Part shown: positions 1 to 7,996 of the stretch, in pieces
Layout of the letters: each line of letters starts with the position of its first letter
Position numbering within the stretch: position 1 is the first letter of the stretch
Virus record (IMG/VR): IMGVR_UViG_3300033067_000697
Span: 1-41,524 of that record
Length of the DNA: 41,524 bases
Reading direction: 5' to 3' (one strand)
Source: a virus
Taxonomy: Duplodnaviria; Caudoviricetes
Made by a program: the position numbers and the translations under genes
Notes under the pieces: generated by a model
The model's input: the letters and a program-made list of their open reading frames with translations, nothing else
Told to the model about the DNA's origin: nothing
Database searches by the model: none

Positions 1-129
1 GTCATTACCAGTAAAAAAGTCAGCCATTTCGTCAGCTCCTAACTGTCCCATATTTATTAACGCTCGGCGTACTGTGTTTCTTTGACGGCTCATAAAAGCC
101 TTCCATTGTTTGTCCGTGTAAATCCTCAT
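1..129 (-). CDS. hypothetical protein, partial (runs off window)
   Basis: ATG at 129 overlaps the stop of the upstream HTH gene (ATGA); open to position 1 (MRIYTDKQWKAFMSRQRNTVRRALINMGQLGADEMADFFTGND). Confidence 0.5.
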   Translation of the reverse strand, partial: MRIYTDKQWKAFMSRQRNTVRRALINMGQLGADEMADFFTGND

Positions 130-335
130 GTTGTTTTATTAGCTGTTTTAATTGTGTATTGAACCGTATAAGGGTGGTCTATCTTTAATTCTCTGGCTAT
201 TTCTCTGTAACCTAAACCTCTGCGGTACATCTTAAATATTTCTTTTCGTTGTTTGTCAGTAATGGTTTTACGCACAATACGTTTTACTTTTCCGTGACCA
301 TTACAAGCTATGCACTTTACTAGTTTAACTGTCAT
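126..335 (-). CDS. small DNA-binding protein: CxxCxGxG half zinc finger plus C-terminal HTH
   Basis: CIACNGHG followed by GLGYREIARELKI-type HTH; start at ATG 335 preferred because of ATGA coupling to the upstream ORF. Confidence 0.7.
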   Translation of the reverse strand: MTVKLVKCIACNGHGKVKRIVRKTITDKQRKEIFKMYRRGLGYREIARELKIDHPYTVQYTIKTANKTT

Positions 336-506
336 ATAACACACTTCATTACCTCATACGCTTGATAAGTAGTCCAGAAGTTATCGGCGGTCAGTGCTAC
401 TACTACGGTTAGTGTGGTTGTCATGCCTTCCATTGATTAGACTATTAACCACCTCCTCTGCCTTCCTCTCTGCTATTGCTCTAGCTGTCTTTAGTGGGTC
501 GGTCAT
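332..506 (-). CDS. two short overlapping ORFs (506..381, 433..332) or one frameshifted hypothetical gene
   Basis: MTDPLKTARAIAERKAEEVVNSLI.. then MEGMTTTLTVVVALTADNFW.. in a different frame; together they fill the gap between neighbouring genes. Confidence 0.4.
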
Positions 507-508
507 GT

Positions 509-844
509 TTATTTCTTATCTTGGTCTAGCTCGGAGTGGTTAAGCTCTTCTAATTGCTTATCTATCCATGTGACCACTTCATTACCTGAATGAAAACCTT
601 TATTTCGCCAGTCTATCAGTTTAATAATCCTCTCCCTCTCCTCCTCTCGTGCTTTCTTTTTCTGCTCAACAACAAAGTTGTGGATTTGTTCGTAACACTT
701 ACTGGTGTGATAGATACCGCACTTGGCTAGTTCTGGGTCTGGGTTTGGTGTGTCTAGCATATCGCTGACAAATTTCCATGCTCCCCATTCTTCTGAATTT
801 GATTTTTCTTCAAAGGTTTTCTCCTCTATACGTGGTGTTGTCAT
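509..844 (-). CDS. hypothetical protein, HSELDQDKK-tail family copy 2
   Basis: ORF track; shares PxIEE, KAREEE and HSELDQDKK blocks with 849..1190. Confidence 0.75.
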   Translation of the reverse strand: MTTPRIEEKTFEEKSNSEEWGAWKFVSDMLDTPNPDPELAKCGIYHTSKCYEQIHNFVVEQKKKAREEERERIIKLIDWRNKGFHSGNEVVTWIDKQLEELNHSELDQDKK

Positions 845-880
845 ATTATTACTTCTTATCTTGGTCTAGCTCGGAGTGGT
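513..880. repeat. 28-bp perfect direct repeat TTCTTATCTTGGTCTAGCTCGGAGTGGT at 513-540 and 853-880
   Basis: read directly; copies 340 bp apart, encoding the identical C-termini of two adjacent genes. Confidence 0.95.
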
Positions 881-1190
881 CTTTTATAAACTTGGCTACA
901 TAATCTAATGCTCGTTTTGTATCTTCACGCTCTAGGTAGAAGCGAACAGTAAGAGCTATTTGTTCAGCTTCCTCCTCTCGGGCTTTCTGTAGCTCTTGGT
1001 GGAGAAACTTCTCAATCTTAGGGGTCAATATTTCCTTAAAGGATTGTTGCAATTGAATAATCTCTTGATACTGCGGTTCATAATCACCGCCCCAGTAGTG
1101 ATTACCAACTTTTATTAAGTCCATTTCTGTTGGTAACAGCTCCTCAACCTCTCTGCTGTTAGTCTCCTCTATGTTTGGTATCTGATTCAT
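849..1190 (-). CDS. hypothetical protein, HSELDQDKK-tail family copy 1
   Basis: ORF track; tight operon spacing. Confidence 0.75.
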   Translation of the reverse strand: MNQIPNIEETNSREVEELLPTEMDLIKVGNHYWGGDYEPQYQEIIQLQQSFKEILTPKIEKFLHQELQKAREEEAEQIALTVRFYLEREDTKRALDYVAKFIKDHSELDQDKK

Positions 1191-1206
1191 GGTTGGTTGG
1201 GGTTAG

Positions 1207-1557
1207 TTACTGGTTTTCACTAATAATCTTTTCGATAGCGATAATCATTTTCGAGTTCATTACTGGGTCTTGGCGGAACTTGTTTACATTTTTCTCAATA
1301 GCTCCTTCAAGTTTAGCTACTAGGTTTTTTGCTACTTTGTGGCGGAACTCGTCTACGATAATGTCTTGGAACTTCTTGTCGGCAAATACTTTATCCAGAC
1401 AGCGATTCATCAATGCCTCAAACTCTGGTCGCCTCTGCTCTATTACGTTACCAATCATTGCGTGAGTTTCATGATAATTAATAGCACTTCCTATCTTCTC
1501 TTTTAATGCTGTGTAGATTATTTCTTCTACATTGATTGTTTCATTTAATATTTTCAT
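1207..1557 (-). CDS. hypothetical helical protein
   Basis: ORF track; operon spacing; no recognised motif. Confidence 0.7.
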   Translation of the reverse strand: MKILNETINVEEIIYTALKEKIGSAINYHETHAMIGNVIEQRRPEFEALMNRCLDKVFADKKFQDIIVDEFRHKVAKNLVAKLEGAIEKNVNKFRQDPVMNSKMIIAIEKIISENQ

Positions 1558-1558
1558 A

Positions 1559-2170
1559 CTACTCCTTAAAGATGCTGTTAATCTCTTTCCCCTCCCCTAA
1601 TGTTTCTTGTAATAGCTTCTTGAGTTGCGACTGATAACTTTCTATTGTCTTCATCTCTTTACTACGAAGGTCAGAACCTTCTTTGTATTGCTCTAGTTTT
1701 GCCGTGCAACTTTCTATCCAGTTTTGTAGTTTTACTATTTCCTTAGAAACAATCGAACTTTTATCTATTAACTCGTCGTAAATTTCGGTGCGGTCAAGTT
1801 GGTGCTGTAGGTTCTCAATCTCTTTCTGGATGCGTGTTTTGCGGTCTGTTTCCCAATTGGTGATTAGCTCGTCTTTGTGTTCGTTATAGGTGGCGATAAA
1901 AGCAAGGGTGCGTGCCTTATAGTCTGTAGTTGATATAAACCATTTCTTTTCATAGTCAAAACTTTGCCTTGCCATTTCGGTCATTTCGTCACTCATTGAC
2001 CAACGACCCCGTTCATCTCCCTCCTCTCGCCACTCAAGAACGCAATCAACTTCATCCACCTTTAGCGTCTTACCCTCGTTGTCTTTGATGACAATTTTCC
2101 AGTAAGTTGAATACTCGTCTGTGACCGCCCAATTAAAGTTCCCGTAGTCTTCTATAAATACTAGTTTCAT
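1559..2170 (-). CDS. hypothetical protein with C-terminal coiled coil
   Basis: ORF track; E/K/L-rich heptad-like C-terminus. Confidence 0.75.
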   Translation of the reverse strand: MKLVFIEDYGNFNWAVTDEYSTYWKIVIKDNEGKTLKVDEVDCVLEWREEGDERGRWSMSDEMTEMARQSFDYEKKWFISTTDYKARTLAFIATYNEHKDELITNWETDRKTRIQKEIENLQHQLDRTEIYDELIDKSSIVSKEIVKLQNWIESCTAKLEQYKEGSDLRSKEMKTIESYQSQLKKLLQETLGEGKEINSIFKE

Positions 2171-2179
2171 ACTACCCCA

Positions 2180-2776
2180 TTAAACTTCTTTCTTAATAAT
2201 CTCGTACCCATTAGACTTCAATAGTGCAATCGCTTCACTAGTAGCGTCTGTTTCTTTTACTTCTTCTGGCATACCAGTTTCAATCAAGTCGCCATAAGCG
2301 ATAGTGCCTTTGAGTAGCTTGCCGCAAGTAACTGTCTTAGTAGCTGAATTTGTCCATGGTGCAGTGCCAGCAAATAGCTTGTATGAGAACGAAAGACTAA
2401 GTTCGCAAACGATACCCTCTCCTGCCTTTATGCCCTCTCCTGCCTCTATGCCCCAACCTGCCTTTATGCCGTAACCTGCCTGTATGCCCTCTCCTGCCTT
2501 TATGCCCGAACCTGCCTTTATGCCGTAACCTGCCTGTATGCCCTCTCCTGCCTTTATGCCCGAACCTGCCTCTATGCCCTCTCCTGCCTCTATGCCCGAA
2601 CCTGCCTTGGCAACTATTGAACCTGTTACATAAACACCCTTCTTAAATTTCACATAACCAAGTCCCTCTGCTATCTCAACACTACCGTCAAAATCCGGCC
2701 CATCAAAACCTATACCATCTTCTTTGTAATAGTTATCTTTGTTCAAATCAGCCTTTGTAATATAAATTGTTTTCAT
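2180..2776 (-). CDS. hexapeptide-repeat (GI[KEQ]AG[ESYW]) beta-solenoid protein
   Basis: about 11 tandem GIxAGx hexapeptides in the middle of the ORF. Confidence 0.8.
   Translation of the reverse strand: MKTIYITKADLNKDNYYKEDGIGFDGPDFDGSVEIAEGLGYVKFKKGVYVTGSIVAKAGSGIEAGEGIEAGSGIKAGEGIQAGYGIKAGSGIKAGEGIQAGYGIKAGWGIEAGEGIKAGEGIVCELSLSFSYKLFAGTAPWTNSATKTVTCGKLLKGTIAYGDLIETGMPEEVKETDATSEAIALLKSNGYEIIKKEV
2421..2606. repeat. 18-bp coding tandem repeat, 10 units (CCTGCCTNTATGCC-NNNN)
   Basis: units read directly at 2421, 2439 ... 2583; units 3-5 are duplicated exactly as units 6-8 (54-bp higher-order repeat). Confidence 0.95.
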
Positions 2777-2778
2777 AT

Positions 2779-2949
2779 CTAATTCATTAAACTTCCTAGT
2801 AAATAATCAGCTAGTCCAGTCCATTCCAAAATCAAAGCAGTAACTCCGGCCCCGACAGCAAAATTAACAAGGTTGATGAGTCGGACACTTGGTTCTTCTT
2901 TGTAGTACTCTCCGGTGATTTCGTTATCTAAGTTATGATGTCTTTTCAT
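2779..2949 (-). CDS. small membrane protein (56 aa)
   Basis: hand-translated MKRHHNLDNE...LINLVNFAVGAGVTALILEW...; ATGA overlap with the upstream ORF. Confidence 0.6.
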   Translation of the reverse strand: MKRHHNLDNEITGEYYKEEPSVRLINLVNFAVGAGVTALILEWTGLADYLLGSLMN

Positions 2950-3068
2950 AGTGATTCACTAACAATTACTTCCTCTCTTTTCATTTCAGTAAAGGTGTTG
3001 TAGATAGCTTGTTCTATTTCTCTGGCGGTGTAGCCATCTCCGGCTAACATAACAATAAATTTCTGCAT
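2946..3068 (-). CDS. hypothetical protein (40 aa)
   Basis: hand-translated MQKFIVMLAGDGYTAREIEQAIY...; 1-nt gap from the upstream stop. Confidence 0.55.
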   Translation of the reverse strand: MQKFIVMLAGDGYTAREIEQAIYNTFTEMKREEVIVSESL

Positions 3069-3069
3069 A

Positions 3070-3204
3070 TTAGTAAACTAAACCTTCTGCTGGATAATTG
3101 TTCATCTCCGCCTGTAGTGCTTCTCGTTCCTCTTGGTAACTCTGTTCATCTTCATTCTTTTCTACCCACGGTGCTACATCTCTATCGTCTAATGGTTGTG
3201 TCAT
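3070..3204 (-). CDS. small acidic protein (44 aa), first gene after a promoter
   Basis: hand-translated MTQPLDDRDVAPWVEKNEDEQSYQEEREALQ... Confidence 0.6.
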   Translation of the reverse strand: MTQPLDDRDVAPWVEKNEDEQSYQEEREALQAEMNNYPAEGLVY

Positions 3205-3226
3205 AATGATTTACTTAATTGATACC

Positions 3227-3273
3227 TGTATATAGTACTATATACACAATAGGGATGCAAGTGGATATCCCCA
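3227..3273 (-). promoter_or_regulatory. sigma70-type promoter TTGCAT-17-TACTAT with a perfect 20-bp palindrome over -10 and an upstream DnaA-box-like site
   Basis: -35 at 3260-3255, -10 at 3237-3232; palindrome TGTATATAGTACTATATACA 3227-3246; ATATCCCCA 3265-3273. Confidence 0.75.
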
Positions 3274-3278
3274 GGTAC

Positions 3279-3304
3279 AAAAAACCGCCAGTTAAGGCGG
3301 TGTT
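3279..3304 (-). terminator. rho-independent terminator
   Basis: ACCGCC-loop-GGCGGT hairpin followed by a T run on the minus strand. Confidence 0.8.
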
Positions 3305-3307
3305 CTG

Positions 3308-3484
3308 TTATTTATTCTTAACGTATTCTTTTAAAGCTCTAGCTAAAGTGGTATAGGAGTGAGTCATGTTCACTGTACCAAGTTCGCGGGCTACTTGAGC
3401 TAGACTTACTTCATCGTTTGCCCAATTTACTGCTAACTCGATTACTTCAGTGGTAATCTCACGGGTGCTAGTTTTTTTAATCAT
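3308..3484 (-). CDS. small HTH protein (58 aa), candidate repressor
   Basis: hand-translated ...VSLAQVARELGTVNMTHSYTTLARALKEY; TGnTATAGT extended -10 lies a few nt before the ATG (near-leaderless). Confidence 0.65.
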   Translation of the reverse strand: MIKKTSTREITTEVIELAVNWANDEVSLAQVARELGTVNMTHSYTTLARALKEYVKNK

Positions 3485-3505
3485 ATCCTATACTATAGCA
3501 CATGT

Positions 3506-3856
3506 TTAATGGAAAAATACTGGAGTGGGTGTATTTTTTTCTTCAGTTTTAAGCCGGTACATTCTGGTTCCAATAGATGACCTAGAGTGTCCACTTTGTA
3601 GTGAGAATTGACGAATGGCTCTAGTTTTATCTACTCCTGAAGGCATAGAAGCTATCTCTTTTAAAGTAGCTTTATCCGCCTCAGTCCAAAAAATGTAGTT
3701 CTTAACTTTCTTTCGTTTCTTAATTACTGAAACTGCTACAGGTTTTACTGTAGTAAAGAGCATATCGTGAATAAATTTTGATACCTTTTCTACGTCTGAC
3801 TTGCTCAACTCAACCCTTGCTCCCGATGGGAACGATACTTCTAGTTTTATGTGCAT
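3506..3856 (-). CDS. hypothetical protein with C-terminal Myb/GcrA-like HTH
   Basis: FWTEADKATLKE...GHSRSSIGTRMYRL pattern. Confidence 0.65.
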   Translation of the reverse strand: MHIKLEVSFPSGARVELSKSDVEKVSKFIHDMLFTTVKPVAVSVIKKRKKVKNYIFWTEADKATLKEIASMPSGVDKTRAIRQFSLQSGHSRSSIGTRMYRLKTEEKNTPTPVFFH

Positions 3857-3898
3857 GTTTTATTATTATTAACTAACATAAGCTACTATATATCATCC

Positions 3899-4078
3899 CT
3901 ATTTAATTATCAAGCCCTTGTAGTGGAGAAGTTGTGAAGTAACGTGGTACCAGCCACACATTGGACATTTATATGGCTTTAATCTACTGATATTGCCACG
4001 CTTTTCAGAGCTACGAATCTGTTTCATCGCTTGCTGTTTAGTTTGGTGGCAGGTTTTGTTGCTAGGACAATTCATGTA
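3899..4078 (-). CDS. small zinc-finger protein (YKCPMCGWYHVT)
   Basis: common phage YxCxxCxxWHxT motif; the internal Met (MNCPSNK) is the likely start. Confidence 0.7.
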   Translation of the reverse strand, partial: YMNCPSNKTCHQTKQQAMKQIRSSEKRGNISRLKPYKCPMCGWYHVTSQLLHYKGLIIK

Positions 4079-4592
4079 TTTTTTCTGTGTAATAGTTAAT
4101 CTTTTCTGTATACCAATGGCGGTCATATTTGACTGGGGTGTGACGAAGTTTTTTCATATCCTCCACGTATTGTTCGCCTAGTTCTTTCTTTAAGTTCTCT
4201 TCAAAGTCAAGTGGTTTTCCGCCACCAAAGACGTTGCAACCGACACATTGAGGTCTACAGTTATCTTCATGGAACCTAGTAGCAAGGTAAGCTCTGGAAA
4301 TAAAGTGACCACACTGAAGATTTTTACGGCGTTTAGAAATTCCACAGGTATAGCATCGAGCAGGGTGATTTTGACGAATGTAAATACTAAAAACTGAATC
4401 TAGCTGTTTTTTGAGTTGTGCCTGAGTCTTTAACTTCTTCTTTTTGCCACCTAATTTGACCGTAGAGCGTTTTTTTAGTGCTACCCTAGGCTTTGTAGCT
4501 TTTGGAGGTTTTTGCATCAATTTAGAGCGTTTTAACGCTTGCTTTTCTTTTACCTCTTCGAGTGATTGTTTACGAAAGCCAGACCTAATCAT
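4062..4592 (-). CDS. ninG: NinG/Rap-like recombination endonuclease
   Basis: LDSVFSIYIR, CYTCG, CGHFISR, RFHEDNCRPQCVGCN motifs typical of lambda NinG. Confidence 0.85.
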   Translation of the reverse strand: MIRSGFRKQSLEEVKEKQALKRSKLMQKPPKATKPRVALKKRSTVKLGGKKKKLKTQAQLKKQLDSVFSIYIRQNHPARCYTCGISKRRKNLQCGHFISRAYLATRFHEDNCRPQCVGCNVFGGGKPLDFEENLKKELGEQYVEDMKKLRHTPVKYDRHWYTEKINYYTEKIHELS

Positions 4593-4723
4593 TTTACGGT
4601 TTGTTTTTGTTTAGCTCGCCAAGATTTTATTCTAGGTCGAGAATAGTCCGCCCACGCTTTAGTACATAGTTCGCATCTACATTTTACTCCTGAGGCATAG
4701 TTGCCTGGTTTTCCGTGTGTCAT
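4589..4723 (-). CDS. small HGxxxxY..CRCxxC zinc-binding protein (44 aa)
   Basis: hand-translated MTHGKPGNYASGVKCRCELCTKAWADY...; ATGA overlap with ninG. Confidence 0.65.
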   Translation of the reverse strand: MTHGKPGNYASGVKCRCELCTKAWADYSRPRIKSWRAKQKQTVK

Positions 4724-4724
4724 G

Positions 4725-5051
4725 TTACATAATATTTTTTGCTTCGGCTGTCTTTAAGTAAACCAAAGTAGAAAGTGCTCTAGACATGGTCTCTGCTTTC
4801 TTCATCTGGTACTTCCAGTAGTTGTGTTCTATTCCTAGTTCACTGTTTTCAATAAACCTTTCCGTGGCGGTGTCACTCTTGTACTCGTTACGGATGCGGT
4901 TAAAGATTCTGGCGAACTCAGCGTTCTTCTTCACGTATTCATCGGCGGCTTTTCCGTACTTAGCCGATACGATTACTAAAAGGTCGGCGGCTCTTCCGGG
5001 GAGCATCTCCCCTTTCTCTAGTTCCTCTTGAATTTGGTCGAGTGTTAGCAT
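4725..5051 (-). CDS. helical hypothetical protein (possibly a UvsY-like recombination mediator)
   Basis: ORF track; all-alpha pattern and context only, so the function is a guess. Confidence 0.6.
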   Translation of the reverse strand: MLTLDQIQEELEKGEMLPGRAADLLVIVSAKYGKAADEYVKKNAEFARIFNRIRNEYKSDTATERFIENSELGIEHNYWKYQMKKAETMSRALSTLVYLKTAEAKNIM

Positions 5052-5218
5052 ATTTCATCTCTAGTTAGCCAGACGAGTCCTGCTCGTTGTGGGTTTGGTT
5101 CTATAATAATAAATTCTACCTCACCTGTCTCAAAGTTTTTGTTCCGGGTGGGGACAGCTTTGAGGCCATAGAGTTCCCAGCGTTTGATTGTTATATATGC
5201 TGGTGTCGATTGAATCAT
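5045..5218 (-). CDS. hypothetical protein (57 aa) overlapping the 3' end of the DUF559 gene
   Basis: hand-translated MIQSTPAYITIKRWELYGLKAVPTRNKNFETGEVEFIII...; stop overlaps the next start. Confidence 0.5.
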   Translation of the reverse strand: MIQSTPAYITIKRWELYGLKAVPTRNKNFETGEVEFIIIEPNPQRAGLVWLTRDEIC

Positions 5219-5831
5219 AAGCAAACAATATTTTATTAAGCTGACGTTGTTTATCCATCTGGTCTTCTTGTTTTTTTATTTCTTCTAAGATGTCCAGCGA
5301 ACAAACTAATTCTGAATCGTTAGGTGTTTCCCGGCGGTACATCCTTCTCTGTATTTCTTCTAGGATAGCTTCGGCGGTATCTGTTTCGTATTCAGGAGAC
5401 AACCAATCTCCGTATTCGTTTTGTTCTTCGTAGGTGTAGCGGTCTTTGTGTCTAAAAGTTTTCCAGCCGGGTATACGGATTACTTTCCACCCCTTCCTGT
5501 TTAAAAATTTAGTCTTTTCAGCATCACGCAAAGCGACCTCTGGTTCTTGGTGAATCTTACCATCTATTTCTAACGCTATTTTTTCAAACGGGTCAGCGAA
5601 GTCTATGTAGTATTTTCCAACTGGAAATTGCGGATAAAACGGTAGTCCTAAGTATCTGATGTCGTTCCAGACGTTACGTTCTATTGGGGTTAGGTATCTA
5701 AACCAGTCACCAAACTTATAAGGGTCTTGCCTTCTCCTTCCGTTCCAGTTTTGGATATACGCCTCCCTCACATCCTTCAACATATCGAAGTAATCAGAAG
5801 TCATATTCTTTAAATATTCCGTGTCTACCAA
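5130..5831 (-). CDS. DUF559/Vsr-like PD-(D/E)XK endonuclease
   Basis: TPIERNVW, QFPVGKYYIDFA, ALEIDGKIH, RDAEKTKFLNRKGWKVIRI motifs. Confidence 0.85.
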   Translation of the reverse strand: MVDTEYLKNMTSDYFDMLKDVREAYIQNWNGRRRQDPYKFGDWFRYLTPIERNVWNDIRYLGLPFYPQFPVGKYYIDFADPFEKIALEIDGKIHQEPEVALRDAEKTKFLNRKGWKVIRIPGWKTFRHKDRYTYEEQNEYGDWLSPEYETDTAEAILEEIQRRMYRRETPNDSELVCSLDILEEIKKQEDQMDKQRQLNKILFAYDSIDTSIYNNQTLGTLWPQSCPHPEQKL

Positions 5832-7038
5832 TAAACGTCATGTCCAGTGTTCCTACTCTACCGTGGCGGTTTTTCTTTACGTGCCACTTGATGTTCACTG
5901 GCTCATCCTCTTTCATCTTTCGGCGGAGTTCGTTTACGCTCTCTTCCCCTGAGACTAACTCAATGGCTAAGTCAGCCGCCGCCGCTATTGCACCTGAACC
6001 TTTGAACCCCATCACTGTCTGGTCTCCGTTCTTGGCACTCTCGTTAGAGACCTGGGATAAAACGATGATAGGGGTATTAAGTCTTTTGGCGGTGTTTTGT
6101 AGTTCCAGGATAACCTGGGTAATAGTTTCGTATTCACTTCGAGAGTTCTTTAGGGTAATAAGCTGAAGAAAATCAATAATAAAAACCGCTGGCTTATCTT
6201 TTAAGCTCTCCTCATACATCGACAAGAGAATTTGGTTCATCTCTGACTTGGTGCTGTAGATACTCAACTTAGTTTTCTCCACTAAAGCTAAATTCTTAGC
6301 CACTTTCTCCTGGTCTCCAAATCCTTTAGCGATTGAACTACCATTCTGTTCAGTCATAATCCCCAAGATACGACCAAGGATGTCTACACGGGACATTTCT
6401 AGCGAATAGAACACACCACGGTAGCCTTGATGGATTAGGTGGACTAGAATGTTTAGTGAAGCGTAGGTCTTTCCTAGGTTCGTGTAACCTCCAATTACCC
6501 AAAGGTGTCCCGGTCTTAATCCATCAATCACTTCATCCAGTTTAGGGAAGCCTGTTTCTAGTCCAAGTAGCTTACCGCCGTTCTTGTACTTCTCCTTAAA
6601 AACGTCTTGGTACTCTTGAAACTCTTTAGCAATAGATTCAATCTCGGCATTTTCTATCTTGGTGCCGGATATTGTTTGGACTATCTTCTGCTGAATATCG
6701 GCGGCAAAGTCTTCTATTTCGGAATCGGGTACGTTGTCTTTTGCATTAGAGAACAGGGTGCGTAGGTTCTCTGAAGTATTTAATTTTTTAAGGTTCCTAC
6801 AGGCTGAGTCTATGTTTGGGGTAAGAAAGTCTTGGATAAAAGTTGAAACCTTTAACCCCTTACTAACCAGCTCTCTCTCAATCGGTCTTTCTTCTTGCCA
6901 CGCCAACATTATTGCTTCAGCGTGTTGTGGGTAGTTCTTGAAGTCCCCAACAGACAGGGTACGGAATACTTTAGGGATAGAGTTCTTATCCGTAATCATC
7001 AAACCAATAATTTCTTCTTCCAGTAGTTTTGTTTTCAT
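5794..7038 (-). CDS. dnaB: DnaB-like replicative helicase
   Basis: TGFPKLD, Walker A GYTNLGKT, FYSLEMS, Walker B IIDFLQL, LSQV, GSGAIAAAAD, KKNRHG. Confidence 0.95.
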   Translation of the reverse strand: MKTKLLEEEIIGLMITDKNSIPKVFRTLSVGDFKNYPQHAEAIMLAWQEERPIERELVSKGLKVSTFIQDFLTPNIDSACRNLKKLNTSENLRTLFSNAKDNVPDSEIEDFAADIQQKIVQTISGTKIENAEIESIAKEFQEYQDVFKEKYKNGGKLLGLETGFPKLDEVIDGLRPGHLWVIGGYTNLGKTYASLNILVHLIHQGYRGVFYSLEMSRVDILGRILGIMTEQNGSSIAKGFGDQEKVAKNLALVEKTKLSIYSTKSEMNQILLSMYEESLKDKPAVFIIDFLQLITLKNSRSEYETITQVILELQNTAKRLNTPIIVLSQVSNESAKNGDQTVMGFKGSGAIAAAADLAIELVSGEESVNELRRKMKEDEPVNIKWHVKKNRHGRVGTLDMTFIGRHGIFKEYDF

Positions 7039-7826
7039 AGTTTTATATCTAACGATGCTTCGACCTGCGAGATTGGCCTATTATTCTTCTTTACCTTCCA
7101 CTGGGCGATGTAGTTACCAGAGAGCGGGAAGCCTAGTGATACTTTGGTTTCCATCGGAATCTTTTTGTCTGTCAGGAAATGTTTGAACAGCTCCTTTACA
7201 TCCGCCGGAGTTAGTCCGTGAGTCTTCATCGCAAACTTAATCTTAAAGAACGCTTTAGTCAGGTCTGGTTTAACTCCCGTTACCTTCTCTGACTCTGTTT
7301 CAAAAAAGAACGCCAGGGCTATCACTTCTTTCGGGGCGGAATTACTTTTAGTGCTCTTAGCTTTTTTGCTATAAGGAGAACCTGACTCGTCAACTGGCTG
7401 ATATGTATACATGCCTTTAGGCTTATCTTTTGTAATAGTTTCTTTCTTTTCTTTTGTGGGTCTCTCATGAGACAACCTTTTATTGTCTGGTGAGACAACC
7501 TTAGTTGTCTGGTGAGACAACCTCCTCCACTCTACTACCCACTCCTCATAATTTTTATTGACACATACTTTTTTACCTTCTCTTGATAAAACTTTTTTAC
7601 TTATAAGCGACTTAATTGTTCTCGATATGTTAGGTAAAGAAATCCCTGTCTCATCCATTATTTGGGAATTACTCACCCAGTCCTCTTTCTTGTTCCAACC
7701 ATACGTCTTACGCCAGATGCACATAACCAAACATCTTTCGTACTCAAGAAGTTTACAACGGTAAAACGCCTCAAACAGCTCATTAGCTATTGGTGTAAAT
7801 CCGTTTTCTTTTTGAGGTGAAGACAT
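7035..7826 (-). CDS. replication initiator, lambda O-like (Phage_rep_O N-terminus)
   Basis: ENGFTPIANELFEA, RKTYGWNKKEDWVSNSQI, VNKNYEEW; internal iterons; directly upstream of dnaB. Confidence 0.9.
   Translation of the reverse strand: MSSPQKENGFTPIANELFEAFYRCKLLEYERCLVMCIWRKTYGWNKKEDWVSNSQIMDETGISLPNISRTIKSLISKKVLSREGKKVCVNKNYEEWVVEWRRLSHQTTKVVSPDNKRLSHERPTKEKKETITKDKPKGMYTYQPVDESGSPYSKKAKSTKSNSAPKEVIALAFFFETESEKVTGVKPDLTKAFFKIKFAMKTHGLTPADVKELFKHFLTDKKIPMETKVSLGFPLSGNYIAQWKVKKNNRPISQVEASLDIKL
7421..7523. repeat. putative origin: iterons TTGTCTGGTGAGACAACCT (7483, 7505, partial 7461) plus adjacent AT-rich tract
   Basis: 22-23-bp spacing, each with dyad TTGTCT-N4-AGACAA, inside the initiator gene as in lambda ori. 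Confidence 0.8.
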
Positions 7827-7827
7827 A

Positions 7828-7932
7828 AATAAAACCCCTCTCAGGCCAGCGTACTACTAAAAGTAATACGACTGCCTCAAAGGGGTTTCAGAACAATTTT
7901 AGTCGCATTATTTTAATTGTCGCTGGCCACCC
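7828..7932 (-). promoter_or_regulatory. structured 5' leader/attenuator of the initiator with a 6-aa uORF (MRLKLF, 7908..7888)
   Basis: long hairpin 7888-7832 ending in a U run just before the ATG; alternative pairing with 7928-7921 and 7910-7901. Confidence 0.65.
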
Positions 7933-7996
7933 CGATTAGAGGTACTGTAATAATATCACAACTCAAACGGTGCACTAAATAAATCTGGGGATAAAC

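Noticed and set aside
2421-2606. 18-bp repeats as a CRISPR array or DGR template/variable repeat
   Set aside because: No unique spacers, the units are in-frame codons, and there is no cas or reverse transcriptase gene in the window.
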